Source of the DNA: a virus
Virus record (IMG/VR): IMGVR_UViG_3300029585_000085
Location: 13,133 to 77,132 of that record
DNA length: 64,000 bases
Reading direction: 5' to 3' (one strand)
The notes under the pieces are model-generated. The model was not told the DNA's origin, made no database searches, and saw nothing but the letters and a program-made list of their open reading frames with translations. The position numbers and the translations under genes are program-made. Shown here piece after piece: positions 37,959 to 45,878 of this stretch; the first letter of the stretch is position 1, and every line of letters starts with the position of its first letter.

Positions 37959-38852
37959 TCAATATTTCGAGTAGGGTCCTCCCTTGCGGGTCTTCGGTAG
38001 CTTCTCGAAGTCCTCCTCTCCGACACAGAGGCCCATCAACGGCATGAGGTGCTCGATCACGAGTCGCCAGTCGAACCGCGGTGACTCCATGAGGTAGCCG
38101 GGATCCCATGCGCCAGATTTGATGTGGCGGCTGATCGGCGTGAGGTCTTCGTGTCCGAGTAGGCGCGGCGTCCTCCACCACTCAAACGGCCAGCGCTTTC
38201 GCTCTGCGATGTCGAGGGCGAGTAGGGCGATGGTCTGGTGTTGCTCCAGGGTGAAGTAGCTCCCCGGGTATGCCGGCTTGAGTCCCCTCTCGATCCAGTA
38301 CCTGGTGAGCGGCGGGCATTCGACGTGGATGGCGTAAGGGTTGACGGTTTTCGTCCCCGGAGTGAGGTCGAGGGGGTTCGCGTAGCCCGGCCAGCGCTTC
38401 CGCCAGCGCCTTACCAGGGATCGGGGGAGGTCCTTCTCCCAGTTGCCGCCGTACTTCCCGAGGATGCTTTGGCGTTGCCCCTTCTGCCCTTTCTTCTTGT
38501 TCTCGGTGGTTCCGACTCCGTTGGCCTGCTCGCCCTCCCATGCCATCTGGATCAGGTCGCCGCCCTCGTGGCCCCTGTAGCCGTTGACGTAGTGACAGCC
38601 GTGACTCTGGCTGTAGTAGTTCTCCGCTCGGACCGTCGGGTACTGGCCATTCTTGGCGGCCTTGTCGGGAAGACCCGATCCCGTAGTGTGAACCACCAGC
38701 GCGTACTCGCCCCCTATCCAGCCCTCCGGCCGGTCCTTGTCGTCCCAGGCCTTGCCGGAGTGGATCGCGAAGTCGCTCCATCCTGTGTCTTCTACCGGCT
38801 CTCGGGGAGCCTCCATCGCGTCGATTCGGAAGTGTGCCATGCGCTCAGTCAT
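37959..38852 (-). CDS. Endolysin, N-acetylmuramoyl-L-alanine amidase (Amidase_2)
   Basis: LVVHTTG, HY, IHVEC, LLGHEDL...WDPG zinc-amidase motifs. Confidence 0.85.
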   Translation of the reverse strand: MTERMAHFRIDAMEAPREPVEDTGWSDFAIHSGKAWDDKDRPEGWIGGEYALVVHTTGSGLPDKAAKNGQYPTVRAENYYSQSHGCHYVNGYRGHEGGDLIQMAWEGEQANGVGTTENKKKGQKGQRQSILGKYGGNWEKDLPRSLVRRWRKRWPGYANPLDLTPGTKTVNPYAIHVECPPLTRYWIERGLKPAYPGSYFTLEQHQTIALLALDIAERKRWPFEWWRTPRLLGHEDLTPISRHIKSGAWDPGYLMESPRFDWRLVIEHLMPLMGLCVGEEDFEKLPKTRKGGPYSKY

Positions 38853-38896
38853 GAGCAGAGGCTATCACGCGATGGGCGTTACCGAATCCTAGGGGG

Positions 38897-38936
38897 TTGC
38901 AATGGCTGGTCTCACCCCTCAGACTATTGGGGTGAG
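38897..38936 (+). promoter_or_regulatory. Putative sigma70 promoter overlapped by an 8-bp inverted repeat
   Basis: TTGCAA-17-CAGACT; CTCACCCC (38911-18)/GGGGTGAG (38929-36). Confidence 0.4.
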
Positions 38937-38944
38937 GTCAAACG

Positions 38945-39115
38945 ATGAACACGAACCAGCTACAAGAGAAGTGGCGGGAGCATCGGCTCCTAGCTGAACA
39001 GTTCACCCGGCAGGAGGAGGCCAAGAAGGTGTCTCCTCTTCGCAAAGACCAAGGGGGCGTCAAGGGCCCTCGGGCGGATAGGCCGATCCCGTACCGTCTT
39101 AACCGCGCCGCCTAG
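38945..39115 (+). CDS. 56-aa hypothetical (MNTNQLQEKW...); not in ORF track
   Basis: GAGGT RBS and a putative promoter upstream. Confidence 0.55.
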   Translation: MNTNQLQEKWREHRLLAEQFTRQEEAKKVSPLRKDQGGVKGPRADRPIPYRLNRAA

Positions 39116-39636
39116 CTCTGCCCGTCGAGCTTGTGCTTCGACCATTCGCGCTTTTCCATGACCTCGTGAGCGGTCTCGAAGAGAAGCGTCCATGCGTCCA
39201 TGCGGACGCAGGTCGCGGCCTGGATGGCGAACACCATCACGTCGGCGATCGCGTCTCCTAAGGCCACTCGATAGGCCTCGTCGTCGTCCATTCCGCGGAT
39301 GCCCTGGCGACGCTTCAGGACAGCCTGGCACATCCTGGCCGCTCCAGACTGGGCACCAAGGAGGAAGATGATGGCCTCGCCAAGCTCCCCGATCTCCTCG
39401 TTCGTTCCGAGCGTCGAGGCTTCTATGGAGCCCCCGCCAAACTCTCGCGACTGCCACCGGCAAAGCTCCACCTGGAGCCGCTCCATCGCCCCCTCTGGCA
39501 GCTCCGGCGGCCCCATAGCAGCGTACCTTCCGAATGCTTCTCGGGCTGCCTTGACGGGCTCACGTGGTGCCCTAGCCGGGTTGGTAACCGCTGCGGCGCT
39601 GGTTACCACCTCATCTTCTTCTTGGTCGTTGCTCAT
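39112..39636 (-). CDS. MazG-like nucleotide pyrophosphohydrolase
   Basis: LGTNEEIGEL...DAIADVMVF all-alpha NTP-PPase motif. Confidence 0.8.
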   Translation of the reverse strand: MSNDQEEDEVVTSAAAVTNPARAPREPVKAAREAFGRYAAMGPPELPEGAMERLQVELCRWQSREFGGGSIEASTLGTNEEIGELGEAIIFLLGAQSGAARMCQAVLKRRQGIRGMDDDEAYRVALGDAIADVMVFAIQAATCVRMDAWTLLFETAHEVMEKREWSKHKLDGQS

Positions 39637-39688
39637 GGTGCGAAACATCCTTCCAGGAAGGGGGCCCGTCAAGCCCCCCGTTTGCGTC

Positions 39689-40027
39689 TTAGCGGGTGTA
39701 GTCGAGCCAGCGGCGGGCCTGGCCGAAGGAGACGCGGCCGCCGTACTTCCAGCCGCTGAGGCGGTAGGCGCCGTCCTTGCGGCGTGTCGCCGTGAAGGTG
39801 CGACCGTCGGGGTCTTCGTAGGTCATGTAGCTCTGAGACTCGCTGAGGCCGTTGTCGTCGCAGCGCTTCGATCCCCTCTCGCGAAGGGTGACGCGGTGGC
39901 CGCTTTTGGAAATTGCGATCACGTCGCAGGGAATGCGGTCGCCCGAGTCAATGGTGGCCAGGTCGCCAACTCCGGCGGGGCTCTGGGTTCTCTCGGGGCT
40001 GGGCTTAGTTGCGGTGTTTTGTGCCAT
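39689..40027 (-). CDS. Hypothetical protein (MAQNTATK..., 112 aa)
   Basis: AAGGAG RBS; first gene left of the divergent promoter. Confidence 0.7.
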   Translation of the reverse strand: MAQNTATKPSPERTQSPAGVGDLATIDSGDRIPCDVIAISKSGHRVTLRERGSKRCDDNGLSESQSYMTYEDPDGRTFTATRRKDGAYRLSGWKYGGRVSFGQARRWLDYTR

Positions 40028-40045
40028 GTTGGTCTCCTTGGTTTG

Positions 40046-40155
40046 CGTCGTCAACAATAGTAGTAGGCCATAACTCGAAGATTCTATCCATCCTTTTTCC
40101 GGTTTTCCTGGACAAAAGATTGGTTCAATCGTAGATTGATGATGTTGACGACGGG
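40046..40155. promoter_or_regulatory. Divergent promoter region with inverted CGTCGTCAACA motifs
   Basis: TGGACA(40109)-17-TAGATT(40132) rightward; motif at 40046-56 and inverted at 40143-53. Confidence 0.7.
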
Positions 40156-40180
40156 CCCGAGGGCCTAGAAAGGGATCGAG

Positions 40181-40432
40181 ATGACGAAATTTGCCCAGTG
40201 GTTTAAGACCTTCGACGAGGAGAAGCAGACCCCCTACGCGAGCTGGGAGCTTTCCGCAAAGGACGGAACGCCCCATTTCATCAATTCGGATGTGGTCAAG
40301 GAAGCGATCCTCTCCGCGCCCGCAAACGAGCAGGAGCAACTCAGAGACATGCTCGTCCGCCTCGACTTTGCCAACGCCGACATCAACGACTTCTATCGCC
40401 ACCTGGCCCAGGCATTGGTCAACGGCCTATGA
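40181..40432 (+). CDS. Hypothetical protein
   Basis: 83 aa, AAGGGA RBS, downstream of the promoter. Confidence 0.75.
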   Translation: MTKFAQWFKTFDEEKQTPYASWELSAKDGTPHFINSDVVKEAILSAPANEQEQLRDMLVRLDFANADINDFYRHLAQALVNGL

Positions 40433-40884
40433 GTAGCGACGAAGAGCCGTGCGACCCTAGACGAGGAGTTCGAGATATGAGTGAAACGATTCTGTCCATA
40501 GAGCTCTTGGGCGACGGCGAGAGCTTCTCGTACCGCATCGACGTCGGAGAGTGCAACGACGGCAGCCCGTGGATCGGCAAGGCTTGGCGCGACGGCGAGG
40601 AGGTTAACTGGGACTTCTTCATCCGAGAGCTTGCCAGTTTGCAGGAGCGAGGAATCAGCGATGCGACCCGCTGGACCTACGATCTCATTTGCGAGCGTGT
40701 TGGAATCGAGGGCAACTGGACCGACTGTCTGATCTGTCGAGACTCGATGAAGGTGGAGGCGGCCAAGTATTGCCCCTACACCGAGCGCGACCTTTGCGAA
40801 CATTGCTTCCAGCAAATCTCCAAGGCGAGCGAGTTCGATGCCTGGATCTCAATCAACGACGCCCTAGAGCTGGAGGCCATGTAA
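40429..40884 (+). CDS. Hypothetical protein with two CxxC pairs
   Basis: CLIC...CPY...CEHC; start 40429 or 40478. Confidence 0.7.
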   Translation: MSSDEEPCDPRRGVRDMSETILSIELLGDGESFSYRIDVGECNDGSPWIGKAWRDGEEVNWDFFIRELASLQERGISDATRWTYDLICERVGIEGNWTDCLICRDSMKVEAAKYCPYTERDLCEHCFQQISKASEFDAWISINDALELEAM

Positions 40885-40973
40885 TGTTCTGGGCAGCCCT
40901 GAGGCATCTCATCTACCTAACCTTCTGTGACCTCTGGGACTGGATCAGAGGCAAACCAAAAGACGAGGACTAG
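40884..40973 (+). CDS. 29-aa peptide
   Basis: TAATG coupling; MFWAALRHLIYLTFCDLWDWIRGKPKDED. Confidence 0.35.
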   Translation: MFWAALRHLIYLTFCDLWDWIRGKPKDED

Positions 40974-41134
40974 TTGAAGACTTCCTCGCCGCGCTCTTGC
41001 TCTCTGCGCAGGGCGTAAGAGCGGAGGCGAATCAGCTCTGAGTGGTTGAAGACTTCGTCCGGGTGTCGGCCCCGCATGACCGCATGACGGGCGATGGTGT
41101 ATAGCTCTTCGTCTGTGAAGTCCTGGTCGTCCAT
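40970..41134 (-). CDS. 54-aa hypothetical (MDDQDFTDEELY...); not in ORF track
   Basis: Manual translation; convergent with the + genes. Confidence 0.5.
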   Translation of the reverse strand: MDDQDFTDEELYTIARHAVMRGRHPDEVFNHSELIRLRSYALRREQERGEEVFN

Positions 41135-41171
41135 GGCCTAGCCTACCGCACCCCTTCTTTGCTCTTCGGCG

Positions 41172-41546
41172 TCATTGCGCGTGCTCTTTTCTCCACCATA
41201 GCCAACGGCTTGCCACGGTGTAGCGCACGCACGCCGTGCTCCACGCGCTTCGCATCGCGAGGATGTGGCGCATGTTTCGCCGTGCGAGGGGTAGCGCCCA
41301 CCATGCATGGGTGACCGTGATTTCGACGTACCCGATGCCAGCAGCCTGGGTGATTGCTTTGACACCTCGGAGCGGTATCGTCTGAGCGAGTAGTGGCTGT
41401 CCGTTGGCTGCGAGGAGATGGGCCTGTATCTCAACCCGAAGGCGGCGCGCTGTCTTTCGCTTTATTTCGATTCCGAGCGTCTCGGCCCAGCATCGGAGGT
41501 GCTTCTTCGTCATCCTCTTCGAAAAGAGTCGCTTGGTTTCAGTCAT
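41172..41546 (-). CDS. Basic hypothetical protein
   Basis: 124 aa from MTETKR; overlaps the stop of the upstream gene. Confidence 0.55.
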   Translation of the reverse strand: MTETKRLFSKRMTKKHLRCWAETLGIEIKRKTARRLRVEIQAHLLAANGQPLLAQTIPLRGVKAITQAAGIGYVEITVTHAWWALPLARRNMRHILAMRSAWSTACVRYTVASRWLWWRKEHAQ

Positions 41547-41763
41547 CGGACCTAGGCTTTGCCGCGCGTAGTCCAACGAGAACGCCGACAAGGCCGGCGA
41601 TCAGCGCGTAGGACATCGCCGTCTGGTTTCGTATAGGAGAGAAAGGCTCTCCGAGTTGAGCTAGGCCGGTGAACGGAGCGAACTGTCCGACGAAGTAGCC
41701 GGCCGCAGCCAACCCTCCGCCGAACAGCGTCGCTCCGAGTGCCTTGTAGAGTCCTGGGCTCAT
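41539..41763 (-). CDS. Two-TM small membrane protein
   Basis: 74 aa, hydrophobic. Confidence 0.65.
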   Translation of the reverse strand: MSPGLYKALGATLFGGGLAAAGYFVGQFAPFTGLAQLGEPFSPIRNQTAMSYALIAGLVGVLVGLRAAKPRSDD

Positions 41764-42164
41764 AGGTTCTCGAACCTCACGCCCTTGTCGCGACTGTAGA
41801 CCATGCAGGGGGATGCCTCATCGCGGCAGACTTCCAGCCATGTCTCGTAAGTCGCAGTTGTGAATGCTCCGTAGTTCGCTCCGTGGTCGGCAAGCCAGCG
41901 CGCCAGCTCCTCAGGTGTCTCAAACGCCGGCGACATCGGTGTTCCCTCGGAGACCGTCTCATACATCATGAAGTGGGTAGCCTCCTCTTCGGTCCAGTCC
42001 GGCATAAACTCGGATTCCACGATCTCCTCGCCCTCTTCGTAGTACTGGATCATGTCCCTTCCCTGGAGAGCTAGCCAGCTGGGCCCCCTCCTGGCGTCGT
42101 AGCGCTCCCAGTCGATCGGATGTCTCCAGTTCTTCGGTACTTTTCTTACTTCTCTTCCGCCCAT
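41760..42164 (-). CDS. Phage hypothetical protein
   Basis: 134 aa; YETVSEGTPMSPAFETPEELARWL motif; AAGGA RBS. Confidence 0.8.
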   Translation of the reverse strand: MGGREVRKVPKNWRHPIDWERYDARRGPSWLALQGRDMIQYYEEGEEIVESEFMPDWTEEEATHFMMYETVSEGTPMSPAFETPEELARWLADHGANYGAFTTATYETWLEVCRDEASPCMVYSRDKGVRFENL

Positions 42165-42187
42165 TTTCTATCCTTTCTGTTGTTCCT

Positions 42188-42363
42188 AAAAAGTGAGGAA
42201 GTGATCGATGAGGGACTCGAACCCCCAGCACCGGACCCTTCATCCATCTGTCGGGTCGTGGGTTTCACCCCACCACGCTGTCCGGACCGTTCCCAGGCTA
42301 TTAGGCGCCCATTGCGCCAAAGAGGGACTTGAACCCCCACCACCATGGACGATCACTTCCTCA
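42188..42363 (-). ncRNA. Candidate double tRNA-elbow (Y RNA/YrlA-like topology) structured RNA
   Basis: 14-bp terminal stem, two T-arms GGGGG-TTC(A/G)AGT-CCCTC, D-arm TA-GCC-TGGGAAC-GGT, 3' CTTTTT tail. Confidence 0.7.
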
Positions 42364-42655
42364 AACCGCCTTCCTTGAGCATTCGCTCAAACTCGGCCCA
42401 CATCGCTTCGTTCTCGGCAATGCGCGCCCAAATCTCCTCGCATGTCGGCGTTGGCTTCGATCCGCATGCGTCGCAGAGCCAGACCTCCGGGCCCTCTCCG
42501 AATCCGTCTCGGTGGATGGAGTAGTTCCCCTCCGCTGGCGATTCGCAGCAAGCGCACCACCCGACGAAGTGTTGGGTGTATGGGCCCATCGCCTCGCGTA
42601 GCGCGGAGGCTCCATCGTCGTAGTTGATGTACTTGTTGCGAGGCTTGCCGCCCAT
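42353..42655 (-). CDS. Hypothetical Cys-containing protein
   Basis: 100 aa, CACC and CDAC motifs. Confidence 0.7.
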   Translation of the reverse strand: MGGKPRNKYINYDDGASALREAMGPYTQHFVGWCACCESPAEGNYSIHRDGFGEGPEVWLCDACGSKPTPTCEEIWARIAENEAMWAEFERMLKEGGLRK

Positions 42656-43386
42656 TACCGCCTCAGCTCTCCGGCGAGTGCCTTGCTAACCAATTCCTGG
42701 ACGGAGTTGGGAAAGTTCTGCTCTTGCATCCACTTCAGGTATCCGCGCTGGCTATCCACCAGTTCCCCGCGATGTCTACCGAAGCCAAAGGCGGCTTCTC
42801 TGCCTCTCCATACGAAGTGGTGCGTTTCTCCGATCCAGTTCTCCACGTCGGGGTCGCATAGGATGGCAATTTCTCGCCAGTCCTCGTCGGAGTACCCCCA
42901 TCTCTCCATCATTGCGATGAGGACTTCCCCAGTTGCCTCTGCGTCTGCCTTTGCCTCGTGTGCGTCCTCCAGGGAGTCACCCACGAAGATCTGGTAGGCC
43001 CTCGACAGGGTCCGCGGTTCTTTGATGGCCCACATCTTGTGAGGGTCGACCGTGTACTTGCCCGGCGATATCTTCAGGCCGACTTTGTCGAACTCATGGC
43101 GAAGAAACCCGATGTCGAAGTTGACGCGGTAGCCGATGAAGACTTTCGCGGAGTCCACGATTCCATGGATCTCCTGTGCGAGTTCCCCGAACTTTGGGCA
43201 AGAGCAGACATCGTGCATCGAGATTCCGTGGATCGCCGTAGCCTCTGGCGGGATGCTTCGCTCTGGGTTGAATCGCCAAGTCTGAGACTCGCCGGTGTCC
43301 CAGTGGGTGATGCAAAGCTCGATGACCCGATGGCCATCCTCCGGGGCCTTCCCGGTTGTTTCAACGTCGAAGATGATGGCTTTCAT
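42655..43386 (-). CDS. DnaQ/DEDDh 3'-5' exonuclease
   Basis: IIFDVETTG, FDIGFL, AHEAKADA; C-terminal FGFGRHRG...YLKWM domain. Confidence 0.92.
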   Translation of the reverse strand: MKAIIFDVETTGKAPEDGHRVIELCITHWDTGESQTWRFNPERSIPPEATAIHGISMHDVCSCPKFGELAQEIHGIVDSAKVFIGYRVNFDIGFLRHEFDKVGLKISPGKYTVDPHKMWAIKEPRTLSRAYQIFVGDSLEDAHEAKADAEATGEVLIAMMERWGYSDEDWREIAILCDPDVENWIGETHHFVWRGREAAFGFGRHRGELVDSQRGYLKWMQEQNFPNSVQELVSKALAGELRR

Positions 43387-43646
43387 TGTTCTCCTGCCCA
43401 TTTCTCCCAGCATGGGATGCACAGGTCGCCCATGCCGGGAACTGCTTGTCTGTACTTGGCTCCGAGGACGTCGGAGCACCGGTGGCACCTCTTGGCCGTC
43501 GCGCGCAGGTCATGGGCTACAGCAAGGGCACCCAGTCGAATCTCGCGGTACCTGATGTTTGCTTCGTCATCGTCGGCGGCCCGCGGAATCATCGCGGCCT
43601 CTGCCCATCGGATCAGAGCCATGGCTTGTTCGTCGGTGAGCCTCAT
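43383..43646 (-). CDS. Hypothetical Zn-finger-like protein
   Basis: CHRC...CIPC; ATGA couplings. Confidence 0.6.
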   Translation of the reverse strand: MRLTDEQAMALIRWAEAAMIPRAADDDEANIRYREIRLGALAVAHDLRATAKRCHRCSDVLGAKYRQAVPGMGDLCIPCWEKWAGEQ

Positions 43647-43906
43647 CGCTTCACCATCTGAGCGGCAAAGTCCGCAACGTCGAACCCGTCCCATCCTTCC
43701 CTGATTGCCTCCTGTGCCCCCCTGAGGGCGGAGACGGCGCCACCGGCGCACTCGGCGGCGCTGGTCAACTGGGAGAGCTCCCACTCCTTCCACTTGTCGT
43801 CGTCGGCAATTGCGCTGCTCGGTGGGTTGTGGATGTCGTATTCCTTCGCGAACACGGCGGCCCACACCATCTGCTCCGCTGCTGTCATCGGCTTGACCTT
43901 AGGCAT
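43643..43906 (-). CDS. Hypothetical protein
   Basis: 87 aa from MPKVK. Confidence 0.6.
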   Translation of the reverse strand: MPKVKPMTAAEQMVWAAVFAKEYDIHNPPSSAIADDDKWKEWELSQLTSAAECAGGAVSALRGAQEAIREGWDGFDVADFAAQMVKR

Positions 43907-45188
43907 CCTGCGCCTCTCCTTCTCGCATGATGATCGCGCCCTCGTCGCTCTCCCCGACTCTCTCAAGCCACACCCGGAGGTCGTTGAGTTCCGCGAACTC
44001 GCGAACCAGAGCCAGGGAGTCCTCGTCGAGTAGAGCTCCGTCCTCTACCCAGATGTCTTGAAGCTCAGGCTTCAGAGACCAGGCGATTGCAATCGAAGCG
44101 CGAAGCTTCTCTGCTCCGCTGGCCTGGTCGAAGGGAGAGCCGTTGAGCTGGAGTCCGTCTTCATCAAAGGTGAGGCCAGGGATCGGCATCTCCGCTTTGG
44201 CTAGAGCCTCTTTGCGGAGGTCCTTGAGAGCCTCGATCGTCTGCGAAGCGGCGCGCGACTCCTCCTTGAGGTCGGCGAGCTCCTTGCTCACCTCTTCGTG
44301 CTGCTTGATCTGTGCGCGTATCGCTGCGACCTCTTCGCCTTGCGCCATGGCTTCGGACAGTCGCTCACGGACCTGGGCGATCTCTTCGTCGCTTGGGGCC
44401 TGAGAAGCGACCATGTCGAGGTCGGCAAGCTTGAGCGCTTGGTCCTCCTTGAGCTTGTCGGCCTCCGACTTGGCGTCTTGCAGCTTCTGGCGGACCATTT
44501 TGAGTTCAGCCTGTATCTGCCGAACCTTCTCCTCTGCCTCGGAGATGTTCCGGCGAATGCCTTCCGCCCTGTGCTTGGCTTCCGTGGCCTTGGCGGAGTC
44601 TTCGAGGAGCACGTCGAGCGCCTTTTGCTGCCCTGCTGGGTCGATGGCGTCTTTCGGAAGCTTCGGCGGCCGTGTTCCAGCCTTGGCTTCGAGCTTCTTG
44701 ATGTCGCGGTTGAGTGCGCGCCGCTCTTCGTATGCCTCCTTCTCCTTGGCGAAGTTGTCATCAAGGTCGATGTCCAGCTCAACGCAGTCGAGCATGACCT
44801 CGCGCTGCTCCTTGGCCGGCAGTCGCGAGAAGCGCATGGGGTCGATGAAACGCGCGCCAACCAGCTCGTCGAGAATCTTCTGGGGGGACTTTAGAACTTT
44901 GCCGTCGCTGGTGACTTCGATCGTAGTGCTCTTCTTGGTGAACTTGCGCCGGACAACTAGCGCGCCTTCGTCGAACTCGATGCGAATCGACGCCTTGTCG
45001 GCGCCGTGGCGAATGGGCTCCTCTGGAACCTCCTTCTTGCCTCCCAGGGCTGCGCCCATGGCTCCCAGGAGCGAGCTTTTCCCGTGGGTGTTCTTGCCTC
45101 CGACCAGGATGAGGTTCCGCTCTCCTGGTTCTATGATGACGCTCTTCAGTCGCTTGTAGTCGTTGATCTCTAGCAGTGTGATTTTCAT
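43899..45188 (-). CDS. SMC/Rad50-like ABC ATPase with coiled coil
   Basis: GKNTHGKSS Walker A, long coiled coil, ASGAE signature, IWVEDGALLD Walker B/D-loop. Confidence 0.88.
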   Translation of the reverse strand: MKITLLEINDYKRLKSVIIEPGERNLILVGGKNTHGKSSLLGAMGAALGGKKEVPEEPIRHGADKASIRIEFDEGALVVRRKFTKKSTTIEVTSDGKVLKSPQKILDELVGARFIDPMRFSRLPAKEQREVMLDCVELDIDLDDNFAKEKEAYEERRALNRDIKKLEAKAGTRPPKLPKDAIDPAGQQKALDVLLEDSAKATEAKHRAEGIRRNISEAEEKVRQIQAELKMVRQKLQDAKSEADKLKEDQALKLADLDMVASQAPSDEEIAQVRERLSEAMAQGEEVAAIRAQIKQHEEVSKELADLKEESRAASQTIEALKDLRKEALAKAEMPIPGLTFDEDGLQLNGSPFDQASGAEKLRASIAIAWSLKPELQDIWVEDGALLDEDSLALVREFAELNDLRVWLERVGESDEGAIIMREGEAQDA

Positions 45189-45409
45189 TGCCCGTCTCTC
45201 CTTCTAAATTCTTCTTGTAGCTCGGCCAGATGGCCGCTCTGAATTGCGAGTTTGATTTCCATCCGTGCGTCTTCGATGGCCTGGTGACTTGCGAAGGTGT
45301 GCCGGAACATCACGCGGTACCCCGGGCCCAAGAAGTCCCATAGCATCGGGTGGCGTATCTCCAGCTCGACGCCTCCGTCCCTGGGGGTTCTTACGAAGTC
45401 CAGAATCAT
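45185..45409 (-). CDS. Hypothetical protein
   Basis: 74 aa, ATGA couplings on both sides. Confidence 0.6.
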   Translation of the reverse strand: MILDFVRTPRDGGVELEIRHPMLWDFLGPGYRVMFRHTFASHQAIEDARMEIKLAIQSGHLAELQEEFRRRDGQ

Positions 45410-45807
45410 CGCGCGGTCTCCTCTGGGTGCCCTGGGTCTCCGTGAAGCCATGGAAGCCGCATCCGACCGGGGCAAGTCTTGGCCACGATGTGAAGTACAT
45501 CTCGGTAGTACTCGATCCTGTCGTGTGCAAGGTCGGCCCTCTTCTGGGCTTCCGCGGTCGCATCGGACGACTCGGACAAGGCGGCGTTAAAATTCGCGGC
45601 CGCTTCCTTTAGCTCATCGACCTGCGATTGAAGCTCTTCGATGCGCTCTTGCGTCGCGTCGGCGTCCGAGGTCCATCGGACGTATCGGCTCCGGAGGTAG
45701 AAGCCCAGCGCGCCCAGCGCAATGATTGCGGAGACGGCTGCAAGCCCCAGTAAGGCTTTGGCTATTTTCGATTCGTTGTTTGGGTTTTTTCGCTGTGGTA
45801 GTTTCAT
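45406..45807 (-). CDS. TM-anchored coiled-coil protein
   Basis: N-terminal TM helix followed by a coiled coil. Confidence 0.7.
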   Translation of the reverse strand: MKLPQRKNPNNESKIAKALLGLAAVSAIIALGALGFYLRSRYVRWTSDADATQERIEELQSQVDELKEAAANFNAALSESSDATAEAQKRADLAHDRIEYYRDVLHIVAKTCPGRMRLPWLHGDPGHPEETAR

Positions 45808-45836
45808 CTTACTTCAACGCCATGAAGTGAAAGTCT

Positions 45837-45878
45837 GGGAGTCCGCTGGCATTTAGCCTCCAGTGGACTCCCTTTTTT
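45837..45878 (+). terminator. Intrinsic terminator oriented for + (antisense) transcription
   Basis: GGGAGTCCGCTGG/CCAGTGGACTCCC 13-bp stem followed by TTTTTT. Confidence 0.7.

Noticed and set aside
42188-42363. Functional tRNA-Sec/Leu, or an attP tRNA fragment
   Set aside because: The 5' GGAAG and a TCA/CAA triplet are suggestive, but no cloverleaf has a matching acceptor stem, 7-nt anticodon loop and CCA end; no integrase in the window. A remnant origin is not fully excluded
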